The translations under genes and the position numbers were made by a program. Source: Octopus sinensis (taxonomy: Eukaryota). Taken from it: a stretch of 64,000 bases of DNA. The stretch covers positions 91,016,001-91,080,000 of the forward strand of contig NC_042999.1 in assembly GCF_006345805.1 (NCBI RefSeq). The letters are read 5' to 3'. Below are positions 26,201 through 40,133 of this stretch, in pieces. Within the stretch, counting starts at the first letter, position 1, and the number at the start of each line of letters is the position of its first letter. The notes under the pieces were generated by a model. It did not search any database. It saw only the letters and a list, made by a program, of their open reading frames with translations, and was not told where the DNA came from.

Positions 26201-26683
26201 TGGGGATATTCTAACCGCTTCCTTTCATTAATATTATGCGTGACTGTGCGCGCTTGTTTATACATTACTTAATGTTATGTTGAAATAATAAAATGTGTTG
26301 TAATGAAATAGTTTACGTACTTCCATGCTTTTGATGCGTATTGAATCGGATATAGTCCAGTATGTACGTACTCGGATATAGTCCAGCACTGTTAATAAGT
26401 ATTACTTACTCGGAGGTAGTCCAGCAATTTGTCAGTGTGGCGGGCTTGTTTACACGGGTTGTGCAAGTGACGAAGGAAATACACAGTTAAAATATAACGT
26501 TTAATTCGGAAAGGAGAAATAAATATTAATGAGTATTACTTACTCGGATATAGTCCAACACTTTGTCATTTATTTTAGGCTCCATTTGTTGTCTTTATTT
26601 CCGAAGTTTTTGGATAGATTTCGGATCAGTGTTTTATCGCTCTCACATGTTAAACGTCCTTGGTGTTCTCGCTATTATTATTA

Positions 26684-26760
<77 letters not shown>

Positions 26761-27960
26761 AGCGGTGAGCTGGCAGAATCGTTATCACGCCGGGCAAAAT
26801 GCTTAGCGCCATTTCGTTCTAATTCCATCGAGGTTGACTTTGCATTTCATCCTTTCGGAATCGATAAATTAAGTACCAGTTAAGTGCTAGGGTATTGTAA
26901 TCGACAACCTCTCCCCACTCCGAAATTTCAGGTTTTGTGCCTATAGTAGAAAAGATTATTATTTGGCGACGATATGGCAAAATGCTTAGTAGCATTTCGT
27001 CCGTCTTTACGTTTTGAGTTCAAATTCCGCCGAGGTCGACATACCTTTCATCCGTTTGGTGTGTATGTAATAAATACCAGTTGAGCACTGGGGTCGATGT
27101 AATCGACTTATCTTCTTCCCCAGTATTGCTGGCCTTGTGTCAAAATCGTCATTCTTCGGGGTTTTTTTCATGTGTTTACATTTACCGGCTCGCGCAAGTG
27201 CACGTGCGCTTTCTGCTTTGGTTTTGTATTTATATTTTTTCCTGCATAATACATATATAGTGTTAAATTTGTGTAGTGTCTGCAAGAACGACTTTCTGAT
27301 TGTTGCGTATATTTGCAAAAATCTATGATTTGTTTATTTATATGTCTGCCTATATGTAAATAGTTGTCAAACATCAAATTATTGGAATTGTTTCTCTTTG
27401 TAATACACACATTCTGGTATATTTATAATTTCCAGTTTTTTTTTAATGCTTGAATATTTTCGCTTTTCCGTTTGTAAATATATTTTCGTCTGTTAGGATT
27501 GATATTTAGATTAAAAATACTATTTTTTCCTGATGATCTTTAATAACAATATACAAAAAAATACACCAAAAGAATAATAAAAACCTTTAGTTTACAAATT
27601 GGCATATTCCAGAGAGTGGTCATTTTATATTTAATCCTGACATTTTCGTGTTCGTGATATTGTTAGCTATTTTCTGGTGGTATTTCATAACGCTGATTTA
27701 ATTTCTAGCGTACGAAGGCCATAAATCTGTCATGCCAGTAGATGTCGTCGCTCTTAGCTAAGACCGGGTAACTATAGACAGCTTAGTTAAATATAACTTA
27801 TCACCTCTTGATACCACGCTTCAAACAGTGCTGAAATTTTCTATTTCCACACAGTTTAGTTTCTTTCTTTCTTTCGTTCTTTCTTTCTTTCTTTCTTTCT
27901 TTCTTTCGTTCTTTCTTTCTTTCTTTCTTTCTTTCTTCTTTCTTTCTTTCTTTCTTTCGT

Positions 27961-27992
<32 letters not shown>

Positions 27993-28557
27993 TATTTCTT
28001 TCCTTCTTTCTTTCCTTCTTTCTTTCCTTCTTTCCTTCTTTCTTTCTTTCATTTTGTTTTTCTCTTTTCTCTCATTGTTTCTTTCACACCTAAGGACCTT
28101 TCTTCTCATCATTTCAATATGTAACTAAATTTTAAGCTAAGGTTTTAACTTTTTCACAATTTCTTTTACTGTTTCTCTGAGAATTTTGTAGCCTTCTTTG
28201 AAAGCAGAATCAGGTTTTCATTATTATGTATTAAACACTATGAGATATGTTATAATAGTCTTCTGGTTGTAGAATGCTCCTATCTCTTTATTCGTAGCAT
28301 GTATATTTCTGTGGCATATTTAGTGATGTATTGTCTAAATGCAGTTATTGTTCTTGATTTTCTCTCAATATTGGTTTCATCATAGTGAATCCAGTGTAAG
28401 ATAACGGAATTACATTTAGTACCAGTTAATTTAGCTTTCCACTTACTCCGGATTGTACTCAAAAAATAAGGGGTGTTACCTCAGTTAACTGGAATTGAAC
28501 AACTGGCACCGTTGTACATCTCCAGGGTTAGAAGCTGTGCAATGACAATAAATAATG

Positions 28558-28596
<39 letters not shown>

Positions 28597-28745
28597 TTAA
28601 TAATATTAATAATAATAATAATATTAATAATATTAATAATATTAATAACATTAATAATAATAATAATATGAATAATATTATTATTAATAATAATAATGAT
28701 ACTAATAATAATAATAATTATGATACTAATAATAATAATGATTAT

Positions 28746-28817
<72 letters not shown>

Positions 28818-29530
28818 TTACTTTTTTACTACTATAGTTTCACAATTATTACTGTACTTATTTTATTACAATAAGGCCTATTTTATTACCATAATACCAC
28901 AGATTTGCTTGTCAGTTGTTTAACCTTAACTAGTTGAGCATGTCCCTTAGTGGCTGACGGTATGTGCATCTCTGATCATGAGGTGAAGTAGTGGGAGAGG
29001 CATCGTAGCCGTGTGTTGAAAGGAATTCTTAGAGGTTTGGATAATTCAGCTTTGGAAAAATGAGTGGTTCGATCAACACCCTTAAACAATCCTTATTCAG
29101 GGACCTTTTCAACGGAAAGGGCTACTCGACCAGAAGAAAATTCTAACTGGGCCCCACCTTGAACGTCATGCGCTCGTTATCTTGATATGAGGTCACCATG
29201 TCACGCACATATGGTTGTGATGCATGTGTTATTTTATCCTCGTTCTCGTCTAACGACCTTCCATGATTGTTTTTGTTCTCAACTTTGACCGTTCAAAGAT
29301 TTTATTTTGGAACTTATGGGAGCAACTGTCTTCGAAGACTCGTATTGCCATTCAATGCTCGAAATGAGGAGTGGATAGACATCTGACAACTGATGAAGGG
29401 TCGTTCTTTATGCTACTTGTCCTCTTTTCCATTTGTTTCTCTCGTTGTTTGCGTATTGAACTCATTTGTTTTCGCATTCTATGTTCACTGTTGGGGACTG
29501 CCTGTACCCATATATGCATATATGCATGTG

Positions 29531-29570
<40 letters not shown>

Positions 29571-29587
29571 TACATATATATATATGT

Positions 29588-29639
<52 letters not shown>

Positions 29640-30444
29640 CTATATATATATACACGTTTGTATATATATGTATGTGTGTGTATGTGCATATATATGTATG
29701 CTTATATGTATATATATATATATTATTTGATTGAACACCACGTATCGATTTCCAAGTAAGTTTATCTTAATATTTTTGATGCGACTCTACCCTATACTGC
29801 TCGCTCCCCTTATCATATTCCCTCTCATCCTTTCTCTAATTCATTTTTCTCCCCTTCACCGTTTTCTATCTGTCTTGCTCTCTCTCTCTTTCCTTCCATC
29901 TTTCTCCTTTACTCACTTTCTCTCTCTCTCTCTCTCTCTCTCGTTGCTCACACGTGACCATCGTCCATCTTTCTTTTCCTCGCGTGATCATTTTTTTCCT
30001 TCGGGACTGTCGTAGAGACTGCACGTAACCTAGCTGTCTCTCTCTTCTATCTTTTCTCTTGTGAAAGAAAATATTTCTCCAGTGTCCGCTATTTTAACTT
30101 CGCCTGGCCTAACTACCCTCCATGTTTGTTTTCGTTCGGTTTCTTTGTATGTCTCCACTGTCTTGTTTTTGTTACCAACTTTGACCCTCATAAAATCCCA
30201 AATTTTATATTGGCTTTTGCGGGAGCAGCTGCCTTCGAAGACTCATATTGCTGTGAAATGCTCGAAATGAGGAATACATGTACAACCGACAATTGGTGAA
30301 GGGTCTTTCTTTATGTTACTTGCCCTGTTTTTCATTTGTTTCTCTCGTTGCTTGCGTATCAACTCATTTGGTTTCGTATTTCATGTTGTTTATGGTTTAT
30401 GACGTCCTGCACCCATATATAATTATATATATATATATATATAA

Positions 30445-30670
30445 GGCGGCGAGCTGGCAGAAACGTTAGCGTGCCGGGCGAAATGCGTAGCCGTATTTCG
30501 TCTGCCGTTACGCTCTGAGTTCAAATTCCGCCGAGGTCAACTTTGCCTTTCATCCTTTCGGGGTCGATAAATTAAGTACCAGTTACGCACTGGGGTCGAT
30601 GTAATCGACTTAATCCCTTTGTCTGTCTTTGTTTGTCCCCTCTGTGTTTAGCCCCTTGTGGGCAATAAAG

Positions 30671-30674
<4 letters not shown>
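30445..30674 (+). mobile_element. Young tRNA-derived SINE (central GACTTTGCCTTTCATCCTTTCGGGGTCGATAAATTAAGTACCAG domain, Meta-domain-like) inserted in (TA)n
   Basis: Head GGCGGCGAGCTGGCAGAAACGTTAGC...GAGTTCAAATTCC (B box). Near-identical to 36000-36226. Confidence 0.85.
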
Positions 30675-30705
<31 letters not shown>

Positions 30706-30763
30706 TTATATTATTATTTGATTGAACGCCACGCATCCATTTCCAAGTAAGTTTACCTTATAT

Positions 30764-30820
<57 letters not shown>

Positions 30821-31293
30821 ATATACGGTCACGAGAGTGCTGAAAAGTTTCTGGTTCTAAAGATATCGCGAAAGGCCTGTTGGAAGCCCTACATTCCGAA
30901 GTCTTTTGCAGGACTTGAAAAAATTTGAATGCCCTCAGCAATAAGTGTGTGTATCTGCGAGGAGAATATATTGATTAAGATCAATTATCTGACCCTCCTC
31001 TATTTTCTCTTACTCAAAACCAGGAACGTTTAAGTCCAACTCCTGTGTGTGTGTGTGTGTATTTGTGTGTGTGTGTGTGTTTCCGCTTGAAATTAAATCT
31101 CATCACTTTAATTTTAAGTGAAACTACACTAGCATGGGGATCTCACCCACTGTGGGGCGGTTATCTGTCCTGTCATTGCATAGACATGTGCCTTTTTTGC
31201 GGCTCAAAGGATTTTAGCACTCATTTCTAGCAATGTAGGTGCTAAGTTGCACCATCAGTCAAAATTAGTAACAATTGAATACACACACTCACG

Positions 31294-31362
<69 letters not shown>

Positions 31363-31853
31363 CACACACACACACACATATATAGTTAATGGAGAAATAC
31401 ATAGAGATAGTAAATGGTGCAGGTAATCTAGGCACAAAATATCTTGCATTTACTATTCAGTAGTATCCTATTAGCGAAGAGTATGATGTTGGATTCACTG
31501 GTGTCATATTCCTTGAAATAAAATACATAAATTTTTTTCTTCCAGTTATTACTTTAATTATAGTTAAGAACAGTATGCTAAATAAAAAACAGTTTCTGCT
31601 ATTATATAAAGATTGTGTAAATGATGTAAATGATGTGTCAACTATGTTGGTATAAAACAGTACAAGTTCAACTAAGCATAAATAGGCCTAAAACTGTAAA
31701 CAGTGAATGCAATATATAATCGGAAGATGATTCAATATGTTTCCTTGACTATTTCAAATCATCATAAAGAAACATCTTTTAAGAAAGCTGAAGTCTTTCA
31801 GTCGGCCATCTGGTCCAGATTCGTTCATTAACTCTTCAAAGGCTCTGAACAAA

Positions 31854-32239
31854 TCTATATATATAAAGCTGAAGTTGTCTGTGTGTGGCAGGTTTGGTAG
31901 CCTTCAACCAACACTATCTCCTCCGAGACCCTGCGGTGCAAGTCGACCAAAATTTACAGTATGATAGAAGAAGGCTTGCTCTTCATTCCTTAGTAGATAA
32001 AATTCAAATCGGACCAGGTTAATACCAAAAATTATTTACAGCAAAGAGGTGCTTTATTTTCTATGAAAATCGCTATTTTTTACGATTTTTTGACTGTTGT
32101 GTCGCCATTTTTCGGTGTATTTCAACCAGAAAAAATGCTCACTTAAAGAGAATAACAAGCTACATAATGCAAATTTTTTTTAAAATTCCAATTCTAAAGA
32201 GTCGAAACAAACCCGAGCAACGCCGGGCGATACTCCTAG
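31854..32239 (+). mobile_element. Complete non-autonomous Helitron (386 bp)
   Basis: Begins A|TCTATATATATAAAG. Ends with hairpin CCCG-AGCAACGC-CGGG (32212-27), then CTAG|T. Inserted between A and T with no TSD. Confidence 0.9.
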
Positions 32240-33336
32240 TTTGCATATATAGGAAACAGCGGTCTATCACCACAGAAAGATAAAATTCATATGATATAAC
32301 ATAGTTTAGTGTAACAAAGAATACTTAAATCTCATGAAGGCGACATTATTAAACATCGCTTAACATTAGTCTCAAAACTTAGATATCTAATCTTCCATAC
32401 ACAGAGAAACATTGGAGTGCAGAATAAAGCATGATATTCAAAGAGAGGAAGGAAAACATAATATTTCCATAAACATATTCGAGTATTTGAACTCTTCACC
32501 TTGTGATGTTGTTTAAATGCATCAACTACCTAACGTATTTTACCAATAAACTGCTGGGAAGACGGAAACTTCTTAAAACAGAAAAACTGATGTTGTTAAA
32601 AGGAACGTGCACGTAAACAGAACGAAGATCTTTACAAGTCTGTTGTCAGCTAGTTTTACAATATTACAGACGTAGAGTACATTGCGAACTACATGGAACT
32701 GGGCTGACTGAACAGAAATCAATAACGAGAGAAATGAGATAATGTAAATAAGAAAAATATATACCAAAAACATATTTAAAAAAAGTCTAAAAAATATAAG
32801 CAATTCTTTAGATTCATTTTATGGTTGGTAGTATAATGGTTGCGTTTTCATCTCATTTACTGAAATTCTAACGAAAACGTTCCTATGAGAGGTAGTTCTA
32901 AGATTAATCAAATATTGAGTTAGAGGATGTCTTCGGAAGCTGAAATAGATTCGTTCATCTTAGGATTAGTCAGATATAAGTGAAATACAATATAATGAAG
33001 GTATTAAGAAACGTATTCACGTATGTATGTATGTATGTATGTATGTATGTATGTATGTATGTATGTATGTATGTATGTATGTATGTATGTATGTATGTAT
33101 GTATGTATGTGTGTATGTATGTAGGAACGTACTTAATCATTAAATATATGTTTATGTGTTTATATACTAATGTGTGTGCAACTATGCACATTTATAACTA
33201 TATACGCATATATATATATCTATATATGTGTGTGTGTGTGTGTAAAGAGGGAGAGAAAGAGAGAGGCACACACACACGCAGACCACACATATATGCATGT
33301 GTGCATGTATTTGTAAACAAAGGGATGTATATATAT

Positions 33337-33368
<32 letters not shown>

Positions 33369-33698
33369 CATGTATATATGTGCATTGTGTGTGGGTGCGC
33401 GTGTGGATATACACAGATACATACATATATACAGCTATGTAGTATACACACATACATATGTAGGTTGTAGTGGACATATAGTTGAATCACTTTCCACTTT
33501 CATCCAATCTATCTTCCTATTTGTAACATTGTGAAAGTTGGTAACCACACATATACACATATTTCATAAACTGGCCATCGGTCTTTTTCTCTATCTCTTT
33601 ATGTTTCTCTTCTTTCTCACGCGCTCTACCCTCACACACACACACACACGCACACAAACATACTCATGCATGCGTGTATTTAAGTGCGTATGTATGTG

Positions 33699-33739
<41 letters not shown>

Positions 33740-33762
33740 ATATCTATCTATCTATCTATCTA

Positions 33763-33830
<68 letters not shown>

Positions 33831-33911
33831 ATAAATATTAGGGAATAAATCCAAATTTACAGGGAAAAAATCAGATTTAGGATTAAATCGATTTTATAGT
33901 AAAATATTATA

Positions 33912-34085
33912 AAATATTATTCGAGACAAAACCACTATTTTGCAAAACAAACAAGGAAAGACTTAATTAATACATAAAATTTTAATAAATAGTCAAAAAC
34001 TATTTATTGACTATTTATTAAATTTTATGTATTAATTAAGTCTTTCCTTGTTTGTTTTGCAAAATAGTGGTTTTGTCTCGAATAA

Positions 34086-34090
<5 letters not shown>
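33912..34090. repeat. Long near-perfect palindrome (85/84-bp arms, 10-nt spacer)
   Basis: 33912-33996 is the reverse complement of 34007-34090 except for one T indel. Confidence 0.95.
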
Positions 34091-34121
<31 letters not shown>

Positions 34122-34207
34122 CATATATATATACATATAAATACATATATATGTGTATATATATATATATATATATACATATAAATACATATATATGTGT
34201 ATATATA

Positions 34208-34277
<70 letters not shown>

Positions 34278-34665
34278 AGACTAATGCATGTGTATGTGAT
34301 ATGTTTGCATATGCAAGTAAACAAGCAAATATACAGTTGGACAGATGCAGATAAAACTTGTGGTGGTGAAATATCAATCTATCAATTCTATTTGTAGTTG
34401 TCACTATTTATTGCGTACGTATTAGTATAAATACGCACATACAGGTATAAACATGTAGGTTCATATGATGTGTACTAAACAATTGTATAAATTATATGCG
34501 TATATATCACATGCAATTCTCTATCCTTACCACTGTGTCTCTGAGAGTATATATATATATGTGTGTAAATATATACATATATATATGTATATATTTATAT
34601 ATGTATATATATGTATATATATATGTATATATATAGGTATATATATATGTATATATTTATATATG

Positions 34666-34696
<31 letters not shown>

Positions 34697-34725
34697 GTAT
34701 ATATATGTATATATATGTATATACG

Positions 34726-34761
<36 letters not shown>

Positions 34762-35146
34762 CGTATATATATATATATATATGTATATATGTGCCTGTAT
34801 ATATATATATATAAATATGCATATATATATAAAGAAAACTCTCTCATTCGGATAATCCTACTTGTAGGATTATTATTATTTTGTATTTTTTATTTTTGTC
34901 TAAAATAAAGACGAAAGAATATCTTTTGGTAGCTCTACAGCAGGAAATATACTGTGAACATATTGATTCAGGTGTCTCTTCGTTCATGTAAGAGTAGATA
35001 TTTTCACTATACTCTTTTTTAGACCTTACAACTCTAGTGTACCGGACATGTAACTGTGACGATAACAGTTCATCCATTCTTCATATCAATATTGTGTTTG
35101 TGATTGCATGCCTGAGCGCGCGCGCGAGTTTGTGTGTGTGTGTGTG

Positions 35147-35192
<46 letters not shown>

Positions 35193-35999
35193 ACGTGAGT
35201 GTATGTGTGTAACAGCGATGAAAATACAGACGACAACATTAGTTGACAGAATTTCCTTAGATGTATACTGTGTTCTGCTGAGGGTCTACAGTTCACCAAT
35301 ATCAATAGTAGCAGTAGTATAAAACATATTGATGTTTCGTTAGCCTATAATAATGTCTCATCGGCCAGGATAGGTTACGCTGTGAGCGCGCGCGCACATG
35401 TGTGTGTGTATGTGTGTGTGTGTGTGTGTGTGGATGCGCGCGTGTGAATGTGTGTGTGCGTATGTGTTTTTGCAGAATACGTTATACGTCTGTGTACAAG
35501 GCATGCTATCGTATCGGTATATATAATGTAGGATGCCCTATACATTTTCAGCGCTTTGTCCTATAATTTGTAATTATCCAAGATATATTATAGAACAAAT
35601 TAGGTTATAATTATTTAGTTTGTCGGGTACTGCTTCACTGTTTCATTTATAAGATATTTAATTGTGTATCAGTTTGTAGGAAATATAAGGAAATTAATAT
35701 CGTAACAGGAAATAGAAATATATTTTTTGGATAAAATTTAGCTGGTGCGTGGTTAGACAAAAAATGTTAGTATATGTCAGTAAAATATACGTGTAGCCTA
35801 ATTTCACAGGAGTGTATCTTTTGGATGATAGAGGAAGTAGTCACCCATAATGCAATATATAGGGTGTTTGAAATCAGCTATGTTCCCATCTTCTATCCAA
35901 GCTTAATACTGTCTTTTATATAATTTATATTAAAATCTTAATTTTAGATGTATGTATTTATGTATGTATCCATGAATGCATGTGTATATATATATATAT

Positions 36000-36226
36000 G
36001 CGAGCTGGCAGAACCGTTAGAACGCCGGGCGAAATGCGTAGCCGTATTTCGTCTGCAGTTGCGTTCTGAGTTCAAATTCCGCCGAGGTCGACTTTGCCTT
36101 TCATCCTTTCGGGGTCGATAAATTAAGTACCAGTTACGCACTGGGGTCGATGGAATCGATTTAATCGCTTTGTCTGTCCTTGTTTGTCCCCTCTGTGTTT
36201 AGCCCCTTGTGGGTAGTAAAGAAATA
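36000..36226 (+). mobile_element. Young SINE, same family as 30445-30674
   Basis: Nearly identical sequence, with (TA)n on both sides. Confidence 0.85.
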
Positions 36227-36272
36227 TATATATATATTATATATATATATATATATGCATACATATATATAT

Positions 36273-36305
<33 letters not shown>

Positions 36306-36451
36306 CATACATATATATATATATTTATATGCATATATATGCACACACAAACACGTGTCTACACATACGCACATTACACATGCACACACATTTGCACATA
36401 TGTAATGTCTGCATAACTATACACATATATGTGTGCATATACTTGCATATA

Positions 36452-36512
<61 letters not shown>

Positions 36513-36573
36513 TTACACATATAAATATGAACACGCACATACATAAATATTGTATTGCATACATGGTTAAATG

Positions 36574-36645
<72 letters not shown>

Positions 36646-36668
36646 TATTATTATTATTATTATTATTA

Positions 36669-36707
<39 letters not shown>

Positions 36708-36929
36708 ATCGAATGTATGAAAATGATCGTTCCTCAGATTTACATTAAAGGGAGAAAACTTTCTAATCACTAGACTCAGATGTAGTTGATGGTAGCCCTT
36801 CAGAAAATTTGAAATGTATTAGTAGCAAGTAACTGATTTAAAAGAAAATATTAACATGATATTCTGTAATACAAAAGTGAATAATAGTTCGTCCGTTATT
36901 GTCGACGTTGACAAGGGCATTAGATGGGG

Positions 36930-37252
36930 AAAGAAGATGGTATAAGGTGTGGCCGGTGGTGGCCAATCAGTTTGGAAAGACCTGCCGCAGGTCGGGCACT
37001 GTTTTGTTGGGATTGAAGGCAAAGAGTTGACTCTGTACTTATGTATTCACATTTTCTTTGTACCCCTGTTATCCTCTTCTGTGCGCACGAGGTGATACCT
37101 CTGCTGGTGCAGCTTCACCAGGCAGGGCGGTTATGTGCTTGCATTTCCCAGGTGTCGTAGGTGATGTCAAAGTTTTCAGGGAAGCTTTCATTGAGCGTAT
37201 CCTTGAAGCGCCATTTCAGTCCATTTTGCGTGCAGCTTCCTTCTGTCAGATC
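36930..37252 (-). mobile_element. RTE/BovB-like LINE 3' coding end
   Basis: RFKDTLNESFPENFDITYDTWEMQAHNRPAW followed by CPTCGRSF, typical of the RTE C-terminus. Confidence 0.7.
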
Positions 37253-37263
37253 GCTGTGATATT

Positions 37264-37331
<68 letters not shown>

Positions 37332-37339
37332 CATATGAT

Positions 37340-39202
37340 ATAAACCTCACCATTAAAGAGGCGACAAAAGAAGTGCGGTAGTGGTGATGGACACAGAGTA
37401 CTACATGTTGGAAAATAATAGTTACTATGAGAAGATAGTACAATACAAACCACAAAAGACACTTTAAAACTTATCCTCCTTACTTCAAACACATGGAAAA
37501 GGCCTCACTACAAGTGAAATTGTCTATTTATTCAATTTTAAATACAGACCTAGTCTATTCTACGGATTACCTAAAATACATAGAAATCTACATATTTGTA
37601 AAGCTTGCAAAGTTTCTCCAAGCCTATGCATTAATGTTCCACCCCCTAATGACTTCAAACTAAGACCCATCATTACTGGCCCTTTTTGTGAAACCCACCG
37701 TTTGAGCAACTTCCTCGAGATCCTACTCAAACCGCTTCTAAAATATGTGAAAGGCTTCATGAGGGATGATTTAGACATGCTTAACCACCCCCCAGAAGAC
37801 AATAAATGAAGGAACCATGTTTGTATCATTCGATGTGGTGAATCTCTACACCAATATCCCACACGATTATGGTATAGTAGCCATCATCTTCTGACTAGAA
37901 AAATACCCAGAAGAGATCCCAGGACGCATCAACCACAGATTCATAATCGCAGCACTCAAATTCATTCTATTGAACAACGATTTCATGTTCGATACAGTTT
38001 ATTATCGACAAAAATATGGAACTCCAATGGGAACCCGAGATGCTTCAGTGATTATCAACCATGTAGTGGGTTACCTAGTACTTAAAATATACCAATCATC
38101 ACAAAAATATGGCACCTCATTTCATTTCTATTTAAAAGAGAACTGTAAAAGGTATTTGGACGATTGCTCTATATTTTGGAAAGATAGCATAGACAAACTC
38201 TTCGATTTAAAAATTATGCTTAACAATGTTAATAGCAACATACAATTCACCACGGAGCACGGCAGTAAACAACTCCCTTTCTTGAGATCCTAATTAAAAT
38301 AGCCAATAACCACATCGAAAGAGACATCTATAATACTACAGATTCTAAGCAATAACTATTATTCAACTCATGCTACCCCAAACACATAAAAATTAATATA
38401 CCTTATAATCTAGCGAAAAGAATATGTACCATAGTTTCGGACACCGGTACTCGTGAATGAAAACTCCTTGAACTCAGATCAATACTAATCAAAAGACATT
38501 ACCCAATATCATTAATAAATGATGGCATTAAACGAGCTATGAAATAAATATACGAACATTAAGGGAAGTCAACCGAAATACTATACCAGACTTTAAAATA
38601 GTCCCATACATCTCCATACGTAACCCTAGGAACAATGAAACCTTCAACATTATCATCCAAAATCTACCCATCCTCACAGAAGATAAAACGATGAACAAAA
38701 TTTTAGGCTCACACAAAATTAACAAAAGCAAAATGCAACCGAAATCATTGAAAAAATTTTAACCAGTGCAAGACTGTATCCATTAACAACGGAACCAAAA
38801 GTGAAAAAATGTGGTCGATGTAACTGTGGTACCTGCCCCCCCACACCTTTTGGATGGTTCAGAATTCCATTTTAAACAAGGTGAAATATTTAAGATTAAA
38901 TCAAATTTCACCTGTGCCTCGGAAAACCTAATGTATGCTTAGGGTGTGATCATCGTTATATTGGCCAAACAGGAATATCACTCCGTCGAAGAACAACTCT
39001 CCACAAAGAACAAATCAGACACCCACAATACAGACAGATACAGGTCAGTGAACACATAGAAAGGTGTGATAGAAACCTTAATCCTAATTTCTTAATTTTC
39101 CTCTTCTATCAATGTTCACAGGACACCCCAGTATAGTAAAGAACGACTAAAGAGATAACTGTCATCAATAAATATCTTCCACAGCTCAATATGAACACAT
39201 AA
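37340..39202 (+). mobile_element. Decayed Penelope-like element ORF (reverse transcriptase + GIY-YIG endonuclease) with stops and frameshifts
   Basis: Translated fragments: IKEA..K..AVVVMDTEYY, FYGLPKIHR, LRPIITGPFCETHRLSNFLEILLKP, FVSFDVVNLYTNIPH, YYRQKYGTPMG, RYLDDC, IQFTTEH..QLPFL, CGRCNCGTC, NLMY...YIGQTG..LRRR..LH. This is the motif order of PLE RT-linker-GIY-YIG. Confidence 0.9.
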
Positions 39203-39602
39203 CTTAATACAAAACACTAATAACCTTTCAATTAATACCACTAACCCCCATACATGCCATACACCATTCACATTACAGATTTATATCCACCCTAATTGCG
39301 CCAAATCCAGAACTACTTACGTCCCTTACACATAATCTTTTTACTCAGGCACTAGTAGACCCGACACCGTTCGGTAATCGGTGCGATATCCAAAGCAGTG
39401 ATCAGATATTTTACGGAACCGTTATGCCTTTGAATCTCTTTAACAATTCACAATAATGACTTTTATTACTTTTATTCCTGACTCAGTTCATCTAATTGCA
39501 TATAAAAAGCTTTTACATTTCTTGATTTCCAATGTGCATCTTCGTTTATTCTTCTTCTTACTTTCCCCTTACATTTCCATGTATACTTTCTATTTTCTCT
39601 TT

Positions 39603-39990
<388 letters not shown>

Positions 39991-40009
39991 TATATGCATA
40001 TGCATATAC

Positions 40010-40069
<60 letters not shown>

Positions 40070-40084
40070 CTGTATGTGTATATA

Positions 40085-40133
<49 letters not shown>

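Noticed and set aside
33182-36748. Many 60-180 aa ORFs rich in YI/IY, TH/HT, CV/VC or homopolymers (also 8253-8534, 10708-11127, 19351-19629, 21126-21687, 27801-28124, 28473-28923, 29352-29759, 39764-40330, 41215-41685, 57632-58107)
   Set aside because: These are translations of (TA)n, (CA)n and tri- or tetranucleotide microsatellites, not genes.
39340-39420. CACCG/CGGTG hairpin flanked by CCGAC and CGATA 3' of the PLE ORF, possible hammerhead relic
   Set aside because: The core is too degenerate and stems I and III are not identifiable.
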